A stretch of DNA of 64,000 nt, taken from Octopus vulgaris (Eukaryota). This document shows, piece by piece, positions 1 to 13,044 of the stretch; position 1 is the first letter of the stretch; every line of letters starts with the position of its first letter. A program made the translations under genes and the position numbers. The DNA lies in the NCBI GenBank assembly GCA_951406725.2, contig OX597814.1:213218001-213282000 (forward strand), in the 5' to 3' direction. The notes beneath the pieces were generated by a model, which saw only the letters and a list, made by a program, of their open reading frames with translations, did no database searches and was not told where the DNA came from.

Positions 1-1520
1 CTGAAACATTTTCATTTATGTCTCTACATTCTGTAATAAATTTCACTCGGTTAAACGAACATCTGGAGATATACAAAGGCAATAAGATTAAACAGCATTT
101 ATTTTGATACCGTATTTTCATTAAATCCCCGTATATTGTACAATATTTACTATTGTTTGATTGGAAAATTAATCTAATGTTCGTCGTTAAATTTTGTTCC
201 CTCATCTCCTTAACATAAACGAATTTCATAGTAATTAACATTTCGAGTTCTGCAATAGCTTCCTGTAAAAACTTTCATTGAGACTTTTCTTCCTTCTTTC
301 CACTACAACATGAGCCGAGAATATTGTCAACCAGAATTAATTGCATTTGTCGCACGTAACTTTTGAAATCACTTGTTTTTTCATTGGATTGAAATTTTAT
401 CAATTGCTATGTTAACTTTATATGTTCTATAGAAAATGTAATGCTTTAATTATACCACACAATATATTTTCTCTTACATTTCTTCTTATGTATCACTCGA
501 TTTATCATTTACTTCTCTATTTTCAGAAAATACTTAAATCATAGTTATTAAACACAGTTTAACGAGAATGCTATCTATTCAATGTTTAATTACTCGTATA
601 ATTCGAAACAAACTTGAAAATTTTAATATATATGTATAAACTTTATTACACCTTGTAGGATTCGTGCTCAAACATAAATTATTCTTCCGCTACATAATAA
701 AATCAAGCATTTTTTGCATTTCCTACTGCCAATCAATAACGGCATAGCTTAAACTACAAATCTGTTACTTTGTCAAAAGTAGAGAGAAAGACAAAAAATA
801 AAGGATAACGATAATATAGAATTGAAGATTTGGTTAAAATTGACAAACAACAGTGAGCAGAAAGGATAAAAGGGATAAAGGAAGGAAAATAAAGGGTAAA
901 ATGCAGAATTGTTAAAGGTCTGGTTGGAGAATTTCTTGCCAACAGGAATATTACTAGAAAAATATGAATCATACAGATGCAGCTAAGAGTGAAGGATGTA
1001 AAAGTTTCATTAACGATTAAAGCTAAAATAGAAATTAGTGTATATACCTCAACTGGAGGTGAGAAGTTTATGATGAAAATTTAAAATGGATTAATGGGAG
1101 GAGAAAAGTAGTGTGGGAAATTTAGGGGCATAGAGCACGGTTTAAATAGGGAAAGGAATGACCAGAATTGGAGAGAGAAGACAGAAATAGATATCTCATT
1201 TCAAAACTTACAGTAACACAATGTATATCAAATTTCTGATTCTTTTACACCACTTAAGCCTATGCCCTTCTCACTTTTCACACTTTCATTTCAATGTCTT
1301 CATCGAGCATTTAATGAAATATTGAAATTGCTAATATTTCATCTCTCAACGCAATGCTAATTAGGCTATCTAAATTTATTTCAACATTTCTAGCATAAAA
1401 TTTAGAAAAATCCTGCTTTGATAGAAGGAATGTGTTTGCATCGTAATTCTTCTCAAAGCGAACAAATTCTAATATTGGTTTCAAATTTTGACACAAGGCC
1501 AGTAATTTTAAGGAAGCTGG

Positions 1521-1690
1521 TAAGTCGATTACATCGGTCTCAGTGCTCAACTGGAACTTATTTTATCGACCTCGAAAGCGTGGAGCTGAAAATCAACCTC
1601 GATTAAGGTTTGAACGCAGAACGTGAAGACAGACGAAGTGCCACTAAACATTGTGTCCGGCGCACTAACGATTCTACCAGCTCACCCACT
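1521..1690 (-). mobile_element. SINE family A (tRNA head, Meta-like central domain), diverged copy
   Basis: Aligns by eye to the full-length copy at 22417-22647 (taagtcgattacatcg...actgg..cttattttatcgac..cgaaag...cagctcacc). Confidence 0.75.
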
Positions 1691-2159
1691 TTAGGCTTTC
1701 TAATATTAAAAACAATATTTTATTATTTAAGTGCTTTGCTGGTTATAAAATATTTATGTCCCCCTACATGGCCTTGCTTTTTGCTTTTTGAGCCAAAAAA
1801 TTAACTTAACTTAACTTAACTATTACTTTAATTAATGACGAAACGTCAAAAAGAGTGTATATATAATTCAAGGTATTACTACTGTGATACTCTAACTTAT
1901 GACGGCTTCTATAGCAATCAGTTACTCTGAGTTATTGAGTGGAGAATGAACGGTCATCGAAAAATGCAACCGTCCCTCAAGAGATTTGCCTCTACTTTTT
2001 TTCTGCACCAGAAATGCATAGAAAGGACGCAGTTAAGTCCTTTTCTTCTCGACAGCCAGACATTTTAATATTTAAATTGTATGTGTGTAAGAGAGAGAAT
2101 ATGCTAAGTGGGAGAGAGAGAGAGAGAGAGTGGACCGTAAGAGAAAGAGAGCAAGAGTA

Positions 2160-2162
<3 letters not shown>

Positions 2163-2224
<62 letters not shown>
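2163..2224. repeat. (GT)n microsatellite
   Basis: Directly visible. Confidence 0.98.
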
Positions 2225-3437
2225 TATGTGTTGTGCGCGTCTAGAACATCTAAATGCAACGAAAATCTTCGTAATTTTCGAGTACAGATATCAAAATAGT
2301 GTTCGTATATGCCACCTGACTTTCAGATCTCTACATGTAACCGTTACATACTCAATCGTCGGTGAAAGAAAAGGTGAGCATTGTGATCACACATATCTAA
2401 TTTACTGTAGCGCAGTTTAGTGTGTTATTATAGAAGAAACGAAAAGAAAGCGAACAAGTGGAAAAACAAAAAGTATTGCAATATATCTATATTCACAGCA
2501 TATTTTGCAGACGAAATGTAAATACTATAATTCATTTCTATACAAATTTATGCCGACGCGTGCGTTTGTATGTTCTTGTATGAACTTTCATGCATTCGTG
2601 TCAGTGTGAGAGTTAACTATTAAAGTACTAAAAGAAGTCGTCATAATGATGTTTTTAAAACTAGTCTTGAGTGAAAAAGTTGTATCTTTGATCTTTGCAT
2701 TCCACCTTAGGCTGACATCATCGTTACATTCGTTCTCACCTCGAACATGTCGTAAACATCGGAGATGATTTCACATATTGCAAATTCTGAAAAGGAGAAT
2801 TAAACAACGTTCTTAGTGGGGAATCTGGAAGATGGTATAAACTAGATGCAAGGTGAAGAAAAGAGATTTCTGAGTTGAATGTCTTTAGGTGAAAGGTGTA
2901 TACAGCTTGAAAGTTCAGAGGTGCAAATGTTTATATATTAGCAGTAGAAGCGTGAGTGACAATTCACGAAACAGTCTTTCTTTGAACCATGAACTGAAGG
3001 TTGTTAATAATTGAATATTTGCCAATCAAGTAAATCGCTTTGTTTGAAATTTGTCTTCTTTGAATCTACTATGGCTTTGCTTGTAGTAAGAGCACAATCC
3101 GATATATATGACGATCACACCAATGTGCGTAACATTTTAGCATTTTAGACGTTGTGTTTATATGTGAGCCTGAAAAACGTACTTTAAAATCAACATGTCT
3201 GTAACACGCTGTGACATCCGATCGTCATGAGGTGTCTTATTCGTCTATTTTCAGAGAACCAAACTAGTTATATTTCTCGCACGCTCTCCTATCTCTCTCT
3301 CTCACTCTCTCGCTCTCTCTCTCTTATGCTTTCTTTCATTACACACAACATGTATATTTATATATATATATATATATACATATATCACCGTGACCGACCA
3401 GGCTATCAAATGTTGCTACACATCGCTGGTCACAAGA

Positions 3438-3620
3438 AAGAGTGAGAGAAAGTTGTGGCGAAAGAGTACAGCAGGGATCGCCACCACCACTCTGCCGGAG
3501 CCTCGTGGGGCTTTAGGTGTTTTCGCTCTATAAACACTCAGAACGCCCGGTCTGGAAATTGAAACCGCGATCCTACGACCGCGAGTCCGCTGCCCTAACC
3601 ACTGGGCCATTGCTCCTCCA
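3438..3620 (-). mobile_element. SINE family B, 5' half only
   Basis: Reverse complement of tggagg.gcaatggcccagtggttagggcagcggactcgcggtcgtagg..., matching 49060-49440. Confidence 0.9.
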
Positions 3621-3621
3621 C

Positions 3622-3688
<67 letters not shown>

Positions 3689-3729
3689 CATACATACATA
3701 AATACATACATATATATATATACACATAT

Positions 3730-3781
<52 letters not shown>

Positions 3782-3782
3782 G

Positions 3783-3842
<60 letters not shown>
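3621..3842. repeat. compound (TA)n/(TACA)n microsatellite
   Basis: Directly visible. Confidence 0.97.
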
Positions 3843-3844
<2 letters not shown>

Positions 3845-3983
3845 ACTTATAAACAAGGGCAAAAGAAAATTCTAATGCCAAATATGCCGAAATAGACTTA
3901 TTAGTCAATAACCATATAATTTATCACTATAAGCACGCGTCTCGAAAGCAAGCCGATAGAAATTTCTAAAAAAATTTCGTTAT

Positions 3984-4043
3984 TATCGGATCGGTCCCAA
4001 TTTCTGAGTTAATTCACTTAGAATTTTCTCGTCATCAGCGATA
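3984..4043 (-). ncRNA. type I hammerhead ribozyme motif (inverted copy)
   Basis: Reverse complement of 4154-4213 with intact CTGATGA, GAAA, ATC triplet and stem I tatcg/cgata. Confidence 0.8.
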
Positions 4044-4153
4044 TGATGACGAGAAAATTAATGAAGACTTAATGAGAATAATACTGTAATGAACGAAGTT
4101 CCAAGATGTGCATTTCTCCATTCTTCTTTATAATGAACTGATTATATACTCTG

Positions 4154-4213
4154 TATCGCTGATGACGAGAAAATTCTAAATGAATTAACTCAGAAATTGG
4201 GACCGATCCGATA
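4154..4213 (+). ncRNA. type I hammerhead ribozyme motif
   Basis: Stem I tatcg(4154-58)/cgata(4209-13); CTGATGA 4159-65; stem II gag..aattc/gaatt..ctc; GAAA 4193-96; stem III Attgg/ccgaT; predicted cleavage after ATC (4208). Confidence 0.8.
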
Positions 4214-4430
4214 ATAACGAAATTTTTTTAAATTTCTATCGGCTTGCTTTCGAGACGCGTGCTTATAGTGACACATTATATGGTTATTGACTAATAATTC
4301 GATATTTCGGCATGTTAGTCATTAGAATTTTTTCTTTTACCCTTGTTTATAAGTTGTTTATGAAATTTAACCTGTAAAGGTATTTTTTATTATGCTGGCC
4401 ATTGATAAAGCTTTTTCGAAAATGTTTATC

Positions 4431-4507
<77 letters not shown>

Positions 4508-5396
4508 TCCATACATGAATATACTTATATATATGAGTATATATATCAACTATCTTTCTTGGCAATATCTAACGTTTTCCCTGTAATTAATTTCGATAAA
4601 CGCTTTGGTTATGCTTGTATCGTACTGCCGAAGACCAACTGTTTCGACTAAAAGAATCTTTGATTCTTCAACGCCATGACTACATATTAGCCGATCATTA
4701 TACGCTGTTTATTTGCTTATTTGACTAATTCACAGTGATATTTAAAACATATCTTATTAAAAGTTTTTTTGTGTGTGAGCATGTGGGTGTAAGTGTGTGT
4801 ATGCATGCATGTATGCATCTGACAAATTCATAGTGAAATTTAAATCATATCCTATTAAATGTTTAATTGCGTGCTGAGTTGTGAGCGAGTGTGTGGGGAT
4901 GAGTGTGTGTGGGGATGAGTGTGTGTGGGGATGAGCGTGCATGTGGAAGGGATGAGTGTCTGTGTGCGTGTGTGTCTGGGTGTGTATGTGTGTATGTGTG
5001 CATGCATGTATACGCATACATATGCATATACAGATATAAGTACATCATGAATAAAACTGCTAAATTATACGTGTTCAAAATTTGTTTATTACAGAACTAT
5101 TTTCATAAAAAATATTCTCATTAAATTCCAATTCTAACAGCATGACGGATTAGGACTTAATGAGAATAATACTGTAATGAACGAAGTTCCAAGATGTGTA
5201 TTTCTACATTCCTCTTTATGATGAACTGATTATATACTCTGTATGGTGTATAAAGAGAAATGAAGCGAACTTAGGATTTAGCTATTGAGTGAGTTAGAGT
5301 TTAACAGACACCTTTAAGGAATTCCGTTTATTCCCTATCATTCGATGTTATACACACACACACACACACACACCAACACACACACATATACATAGA

Positions 5397-5435
<39 letters not shown>

Positions 5436-5442
5436 GTACAGT

Positions 5443-5665
5443 AGTGACCATGTGATAAGCGGCTTGCTTCCCATCTATATGGTTCTGGGTTCAGAGTGGA
5501 TTTCCTAGAAGGAAACTGACAGAAGTGTGCGTGCGTGTGTGTGTGTGCGTGTGTACGTACTTTGCGTCTGTCGTTCTCGCCCGCTCACTACCGTTTAACA
5601 ATTGCTGTTGGTGTGTTTACGTCCTCGTAATCAAGCAACTCGCCAAAAGACACCGATAGAATAAG
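5443..5665 (+). mobile_element. SINE family C, old internally deleted copy
   Basis: Degenerate gcttgcttccc..atggttctgggttcag...ggaaactga...ggtgtgtttacgtcc..gccaaaagacaccgatagaataag. Confidence 0.7.
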
Positions 5666-5668
5666 GCT

Positions 5669-5716
5669 AGATAGATAGATAGATTGATAGATAGATATAT
5701 AGATAGATAGATAGAT

Positions 5717-5800
<84 letters not shown>

Positions 5801-5908
5801 GCATACATACATGCATACATACATACATACATACATACATACATACATACATACATACATACATACATACATACATACATACATACATACACTTGTACGT
5901 ACATGCAT
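5669..5908. repeat. (GATA)n followed by (CATA)n
   Basis: Directly visible. Confidence 0.97.
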
Positions 5909-6961
5909 ACAAAAAAGACTAAAGACCGCAACGTATCATCAGATGTGAAGAGCATGCATGGGTATGTTAGTAGAAAGGTCGAAGATGATAGTAAGATTGA
6001 TCATCAAAGGAGTAGGAGTCTGTCATGGACCAACACCGGATTACTACCACCCAATTTGAAAGGTATGTATTTGCAATCTGGGAACAGGAAATATCAGCCA
6101 AACACCTGATGCACAAAAGCGATAGAGACTCAGGAAAACCAGTAATATGTGACAACCAATGCAGATCTTGTGGAGTTAACACCGAAGATGCCACTCACAT
6201 CATAAGCAGTTGTCTTACAATGTCATCACGGTATCATTTCCCGATGAGACACGATGCTGTAGCTAGAACACTCTATAATAAAATCCGCCGGAAGGAAAAC
6301 ACCGAGGACAAATAAATAAGAACCCACAGTATGATAGAAGCCATAGCCACACATAATAAAAGGAGTACTTCTGGAATGTTCCAATGAAAACCTCAGTATA
6401 ATATAAGCACAACAGACCTGATAAAATTATTTGGGATAGAGAAGAGAAACTGTCTACTGTTGTGGAAATTAGCTGCCCAGCAGATGTTAACATAAAGCTG
6501 AAGATCAGTGTAAAAGAGAATACCTACGCTGAACCATTGCGAAATCTGCAGTTACTCGATCCAAATTACAAGTTCAGGTTTATACCTGTAATTACTGGGG
6601 CCCTGATTCATGTAACCCACTGCCAAAATACCAATCTTGGAATATATAGGCTTCTCTAAATCAGAAAGGAGAAAGCTGATTCGAAGATTACAGCTCCAAT
6701 CCATCGCTGAAACTGTAAAGATCCGTAACTCTTTTCAGAAATTAATAATCATATGAAATTAATAATCATTTAAGACATATGAGCATGTCTAGATATGAAA
6801 GTATATGCATGGGAAGATAAACATAAAACAAAACATACAACTCTGCACTTATACATACATACATGTAAGAATACCCTGTTGTTGATTTGAGCCTTGGATC
6901 TAGGTTAGAAACCGGCTCCTTCTCTATTGACAAGAATTATTTATATAAAACTGAATAATGA
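5909..6961 (+). mobile_element. R4/Dong-like non-LTR retrotransposon, 5'-truncated (CCHC finger, restriction-like endonuclease, 3'UTR), disrupted ORF
   Basis: Translations CRSCGVNTEDATHIISSC, RHDAVA, HNRPDKIIWD, VVEISCP, KENTY, FIPVITGAL, with stops and frameshifts. Both ends lie in (CATA)n-type sequence. Confidence 0.85.
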
Positions 6962-8117
6962 CATATATACATACATACATGCACTCATACATTAATATAT
7001 GTGTATCCATAACAAAATGTAACTCGGAGTACAAATTTTCGAATATATATCATTACGGATTAACATATCAGTTCATCACTGACTGATGATAATCTAAAGC
7101 AATAGAAATAAAAATTTCATGCTCTGGGTTATAGCCTCCGTTAATAAACGAGATTATTCCACTTGTAATTCCTTTTTAATCTAAATTGTCTACATTGCAA
7201 AATGTGGTATGTAGCAAAATTTTTGAATATATGTGCACGTGTGTTTATGAATATATAAATTAATATATGTATGTGCGTGTGTGTGTGTATCCATGCATAC
7301 ATACATACACACATACATACGTACGTACATACATACGTGCATACGTACATTTATACTAATCGAGGGATACATGCATATTGATTTACAGAAACATACAACA
7401 CTTATATCAAATGAAATTCTTAAGAGAAATGCAAAGGTAAATAGATACGATGAATTTCTGTAGAATATATTGGAAAATATTCAAACTATGATTTTAAGCA
7501 CTTATAGAAATTTGTATAAGTTTTTTAACACATGCTGAAATTTATGTACCTTAAATACTGCGCACTGTATAATAAGTAACTATAAGTGAAATGGAAGAAT
7601 ATGAAATTGAAAGATTTCAAGATTTTTGAACGGCCTGCTTTGTATCGTGTAAAAGGATCCTTGCGATGAATATACAACGGAAAAGAATTATCATTACAGT
7701 TACTATCATCGTCACCAACATCATCATCTTCGTCATCGTCACCATCATCATAGTCATCGTCATCATCACCATCATCATTTTTGTTGCAATAAAGTGCTGA
7801 CGTTCTTAATGGTGAAGTTTATGATACTGATTTACGCACGCATTATAAAGATATAATTTACTTCGTGATATTTATGCCCCTACAAATTACCCCTGTCGGC
7901 ATTTACGTAATATACAGACACATACACTATAAAAATGAAGCCATTTCGATGCAATTACAAACGAAATGCGATGAAACATTGCTATTTATGAAGACTTAGG
8001 TCTTTCTATGCCTCCATGAATACTCTCCACGTATTGTTTCTTTCAATCGCCTCGAACTTCCGTCTTTTTCCTCTATCTATCTCTGTACATCTTCCTGCCT
8101 CTCATTTTGCGTGTGTA

Positions 8118-8371
8118 TACATACATACATACATACATACATGCATGCATGCATACATACATACATACATACATACATACATACACACATACATACATGC
8201 ATACATACATACATACATGCATACATACATACATTCGTACATATATACATACATACATACATGCATACATACATACATACATACATACATACATACATAC
8301 ATACATACATACATACATACATACGTACGTACATACGTACATGCATACGTACATACATACGTACATACGTA
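8118..8371. repeat. (CATA)n microsatellite
   Basis: Directly visible. Confidence 0.97.
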
Positions 8372-9387
8372 CTCACATAGAGCTAATAAAGCTTTTGAGA
8401 TTTCTAAGATTTATTCTAGTTCAGAACTTAGCATTCTTTAGACGTTTGCTGTTGACAACATTCTTTGCAGGAATCAAACGAACATTGAAGCATTTCTTCA
8501 AAGCGAAGTCAACTTTCAATTCAGAACATTCTTCTAAAGAATGGATGTGTGCGATAATAGTTTTCTTAAGATCATTAATTGAAAGCATTTTTCTTTTTCT
8601 TTTTTTTTTTTGTTTGATAATACCTCAAGTTAGAAGGAACTTTTTCGATTTATTTCTAATTATAAAAATATGCTTTACGTATTGCATTCAGAAGCAATTG
8701 ATGCATTCTTAAATATTCCATGATGATGCTTAATTGATTTATAAGATTATAATATTCAAGCTGAAAATTATTTGGATATTGGATCCACTCTCACACATAT
8801 GTGTGTTGCGTGTGGATATATACAGGTATGTATATGTAAGCTTATGCATGTTTGTGCGTTTTTACGCATGTGTGTTTAAGATTCCAGAATTTAAATGAAA
8901 TGCAATTTGTTATTCTTCCTTAATATCTTTCTTGTGTAATTGAAAACGAAATTATGTTCCATTTTATCCAAGTGAAAATTATTTAGCAAAGTAACTGAAG
9001 GTTAATATATCAGACTTTAATCAGCAAATAACGTATAACGCCAACAGAAACAATAACAAACAAAAAACACTGTAAATACAATTACACCAAAAATATCAAG
9101 TATCCTTCATTTAATGAAGATTTTCATATAAATGAAGATGAAAGAACGTAAAATTCGACGGGTTGGTGGGTAACTGTCAACTATCAGATGATGAGTATAT
9201 CTCAAGTATATCTGTGTTATCATCCATCACTGATAGACATAAATTCATTAAATATAGTATATTCTTTCTTTAGATGTATGACTTATGATATTTCAGACGT
9301 TTTGCATAATGTTTTTTAAGCTTTTTCCATTCGATTTAATTATGTTTTGCTTTACTGTAATAGTTCTTCAATTCTAATATGTCTAAA

Positions 9388-9573
9388 GAACATTATTTAC
9401 ATTATTTTCATTCGACGGATATTTGTCCTCATCATGTTTGTTGTTAACACAAAGTTTCGGCTGATATACCCTTCCGCCTTCTTCAGGTATCTTGGGGAAA
9501 TTTCGAACCTGGGTTCTCATTCCTAAGGTATTTTTCGATGTTGTTATTATTATTACTATTATTATTATTATTA

Positions 9574-9646
<73 letters not shown>

Positions 9647-9701
9647 CATCATTATTATTTCACATGGGCCGCATATCTTTTGTATCTTTTATAACCCGAA
9701 C

Positions 9702-9752
<51 letters not shown>

Positions 9753-9960
9753 TATAATAATAATAATAATGATAATAATAATAATAATGATAATAACATC
9801 GAAAAATAATTTAGGAATGAAAACCCAGGTACGAAATTTTCCCAAGACACCCGAAGAAAGATTGAGGGTGTATCAGCCGAAATGTTGTGTTAACAACAAA
9901 CAAGATGAGGACAAATATCCGTCGAATGTAAATAATGTAAATAATGTAAATAATTTACAT
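9388..9960. mobile_element. Inverted pair of PLE pLTR-like modules with inner (TAT)n/(TAA)n tracts
   Basis: 9388-9541 is the reverse complement of about 9796-9950. Each arm carries a decayed hammerhead (9446-9491 minus, 9846-9891 plus). Confidence 0.7.
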
Positions 9961-10068
9961 AATTCCTCATCTCTTAATTATAGAACTGAATGTTCAAAGA
10001 ACTTGACACCGACCTAGTGGTGCGAAATACATTGCAGCCGGTAATATTACGTACAAGAATATGAATGA

Positions 10069-10262
10069 GGTGATGAGCTAGTGGAATCATTAGCACGCCG
10101 AGCAGAATGCTTCGTCCGTCTTTACGTTCTGAATTCAAAACGGCCGCGGTTGAATTTGTTTTCATCCTTCCGGGATCGAAATAAGTAACTGCTGAGCACC
10201 GATGTAATCGGCTTCACCCCTCTCCACAGAATTGCTGGCCATATGCCAAAATTTGAAATCAA
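10069..10262 (+). mobile_element. SINE family A-related copy
   Basis: gagctag.ggaatcattagcacgccg...ttacgttctgaattcaaa...tttcatccttccggg.tcga. Confidence 0.75.
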
Positions 10263-10282
10263 TATCATGTACATGAATAATT

Positions 10283-10690
10283 GGCGCAGGAGTGGCTGTG
10301 TGGTAAGTAGCTTGCTTACCAACCACATGGTTCCGGGTTCAGTCCCACGGCGTAGCACCTTGGACAAGTGTCTTCTACTATAGCCTCGGGCCGACCAAAG
10401 CCTTGTGAGTGAATTTGATAGATGGAAAATGAAAGAAGCCCGTTGTATATATGTATATATTTATATATGCGTGTGTGTGTTTGTGAGTCTGTGTTTGTCC
10501 CCCTAGCATTGCTTGACAACCGATGCTGGCGTATTTACGTCCCCATTACTTAGCGGTTCGGCAAAAGAGACCGATAGAATAAGTACTGGGCTTACAAAAG
10601 AATAAGTCCCGGGGTCGAGTTGCTCGATTAAAGGCGTTGCTCCAGCATGGCCGCAGTCAAATGACTGAAACAAGTAAAAGAATGAAAGAG
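10283..10690 (+). mobile_element. SINE family C, full length, with internal (TA)/(TG) tract
   Basis: ggcgcaggagtggctgtgtggtaag (A-box-like), ggttcagtccc (B-box-like), tail gactgaaacaagtaaaaga; several near-identical copies in the window. Confidence 0.92.
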
Positions 10691-11249
10691 TATGTGTATA
10701 GGTAAACCCATAACAGTAAATCATGCTATGCTCCTGGAGAATGTTTCCATGAGTAGCCCGCAACCGAATAGGTATAGAGCACTCAAACGCCAGATAATTT
10801 TCGACATTGGTTCCTTTCATATAGTATAGTAAACCACTTTAGTAAATCAAACGATATTATGATTAACTTTTTTTTTCCGATGGCCGCATCCTGCACCCCA
10901 GTAAGAACTTCTGCCTTATTTCGATGATCTAGAAAAAACAGATCATAAATTTGCTCTTCATAAGAAAATAATACCCAATAAGAATTATTTTGAATGTAAA
11001 ATTCCTTCATAATTGCGTAATACAAACATTCGATTTTAAGTATTTATCTAGGAAAATAGGCTCAAAATTTCATAATTGTACAAGAGAGTCGTGTTTTCTA
11101 TTAGTTTTCTATTAGTTTTTCAGACACCATTACTATAGATTAGAAATTTCTGAATTCAATAGTTGAAAGTAGATTAGAATTATAAATCCTTCTTTGGCTC
11201 AACTATTACACATAAATTAATGTTTGCGGGTCGTAACACATACTAATTG

Positions 11250-12017
11250 CTGCCTTAACCAAGATTCTTTAAATATAGCACTCCAGTAACCGTTTTGATT
11301 TTCAAATCGTTGATTATCACCTTTGCAGATTCAGGTTCAAAACTTTTCAGTTACTTTTAGGATGGCGAGAGATATTTACTTAAATTTGCAAAATCTAATG
11401 CTGGAATTTTTACAACAATTAGATTAATCGTTAATCAAAGGAGTGGGTTTCCTCCACAGACAAATCAAGTATTGCAAATGTTGGGATCAGCACATTGTGG
11501 GATATTGTTTTGTTGTAAGAGAAGATTTCCGACTACCATATTTTCCTAAGTCTGGTGTAATATTCTCGGATCACTCTATCTTTATTTACAGTGCCTTCAT
11601 ATGTTATATTTTCGTCAATACCTAGGCGCTTGTAACATTCTTTGTGTGGAATGGGGGAGATAGAGAGACTGTTGATGCACATGTTTTGGGTAGGAGAGAC
11701 TGACTTTCCTGGTTCTATAATCAAATCTGAACATATCTTATGGCCACATTCCATGCCTATATCAGCTGAAAATGTTATTAATTCCAGTTGCTGCTTTTTG
11801 TCTTTTTTTTTTAGGTGGATGCATTGTTATCACTTTTAGCATAAATCTTCAGATCGTCTGCAGAGAAATTATGAGTTACATTGATATTTCTGATAGTTGA
11901 AGATCCTACTATGTAACCATTTGTTTTTAGCCATAGGAACGATAATGGATTCAGTTCCAAAATTAAAAGAGATACAGAAGAACTATCTCCCTGGAATATT
12001 CCCTTTGTAATGCCAAT
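11250..12017 (-). mobile_element. R4/Dong-like reverse transcriptase fragment (pseudogenised)
   Basis: ITKGIFQGDS...LNPLSFL...THNFSADDLKIYA (RT core), then YKRLGIDEN...EYYTRLRKIW*SE. The left boundary is approximate. Confidence 0.85.
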
Positions 12018-12069
12018 GTGTGTATGTATGTATGTATGTATGTATATATGCATGTATGTAAGTATGTAT

Positions 12070-12234
12070 GTATATGTGCAGATTTGTATGTTTTCTTTTA
12101 TGTATGTAATCTTATGCTTATAGTTGCACATCTAAATATGTTCATATATATTTAAATGTTAAACTTCTGGAAAGCCTTACAGAATTTTACAGTTCTAGTG
12201 ATGGATTGGATCTCTAGTCTTCGAATTAGCTTTC
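12070..12234 (-). mobile_element. short 3' fragment of the same R4/Dong-like family
   Basis: Reverse complement (gaaagctaattcgaagactagagatccaatccatcact...aaaacatacaaatctgcac) aligns with about 6670-6860. Confidence 0.8.
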
Positions 12235-12963
12235 GTATGTATGTATGTATGTATGTATGCATGCATGTATGTATGTATGTATGTGTGTGATGCGTGTGTA
12301 CTAGTGTTTATGCGTATGCCAGTACGCATAAAGAAGACACATAAGGTTATGTATTCACATGAGTAAATATATGTATGCGCTTCTGTGCGTATCAGGAATG
12401 CGTGAGGGAATATGTACTTGTTTGTGTGTCTTCTTTTCCATAGGAATGCTAATTAAAATTGACGCAAGCGGGATTTGATCTCTTAAGATAAAATAACTGT
12501 ATTGGAAATAGCGAAATATTATGTCCAACGTCGACCAATTCTATCGACCATGACCTTAACATGCTCTAATTATTGTAATACTTTTAATGATATATAATAA
12601 AGTAAATGTGGTAGACAGCTATGTTGTGTTTGGAGAATGTTCAATAATTTCATGTGTCAGACGGATGTTTATATATGATTCCAGACTAAATATTTCCCAT
12701 TATTTCCATAGAGATTGCTAGGTAAGTAGTTGATGCTCTATAAGACCACCGCAATTCGGAAAAATTACTAAACGTAACAATGTCATTTCTCTGTCGATAT
12801 CATTTAACTTGTAATAATTATGTTAGAAACATTGTTGAATGCATTTAACGGACATGTCTCCTAGAATATTTTCCAAGTTTATTTTCGATTACTCTTTTTT
12901 TAAAGTTCTGAAATAAGAAATTCTTTGATACACAGACATATCTACCTATCTATCTATTTATCT

Positions 12964-12967
<4 letters not shown>

Positions 12968-13043
<76 letters not shown>
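12968..13043. repeat. (GATA)n microsatellite
   Basis: Directly visible. Confidence 0.98.

Positions 13044-13044
<1 letters not shown>

Larger units (their letters stand above)
3843..4440. mobile_element. Inverted pair of PLE pLTR-like modules (arms about 3843-4043 and 4154-4356)
   Basis: About 200-bp inverted repeat. Each arm starts with a hammerhead motif and runs out into (TA)n. Confidence 0.75.

Noticed and set aside
750-3000. Purine-skewed stretches (750-1190, 2750-3000; also 13045-13420, 28660-28870, 29290-29600, 32700-32950) resembling very old LINE ends
   Set aside because: Only faint motif echoes; too degenerate to assign by eye.
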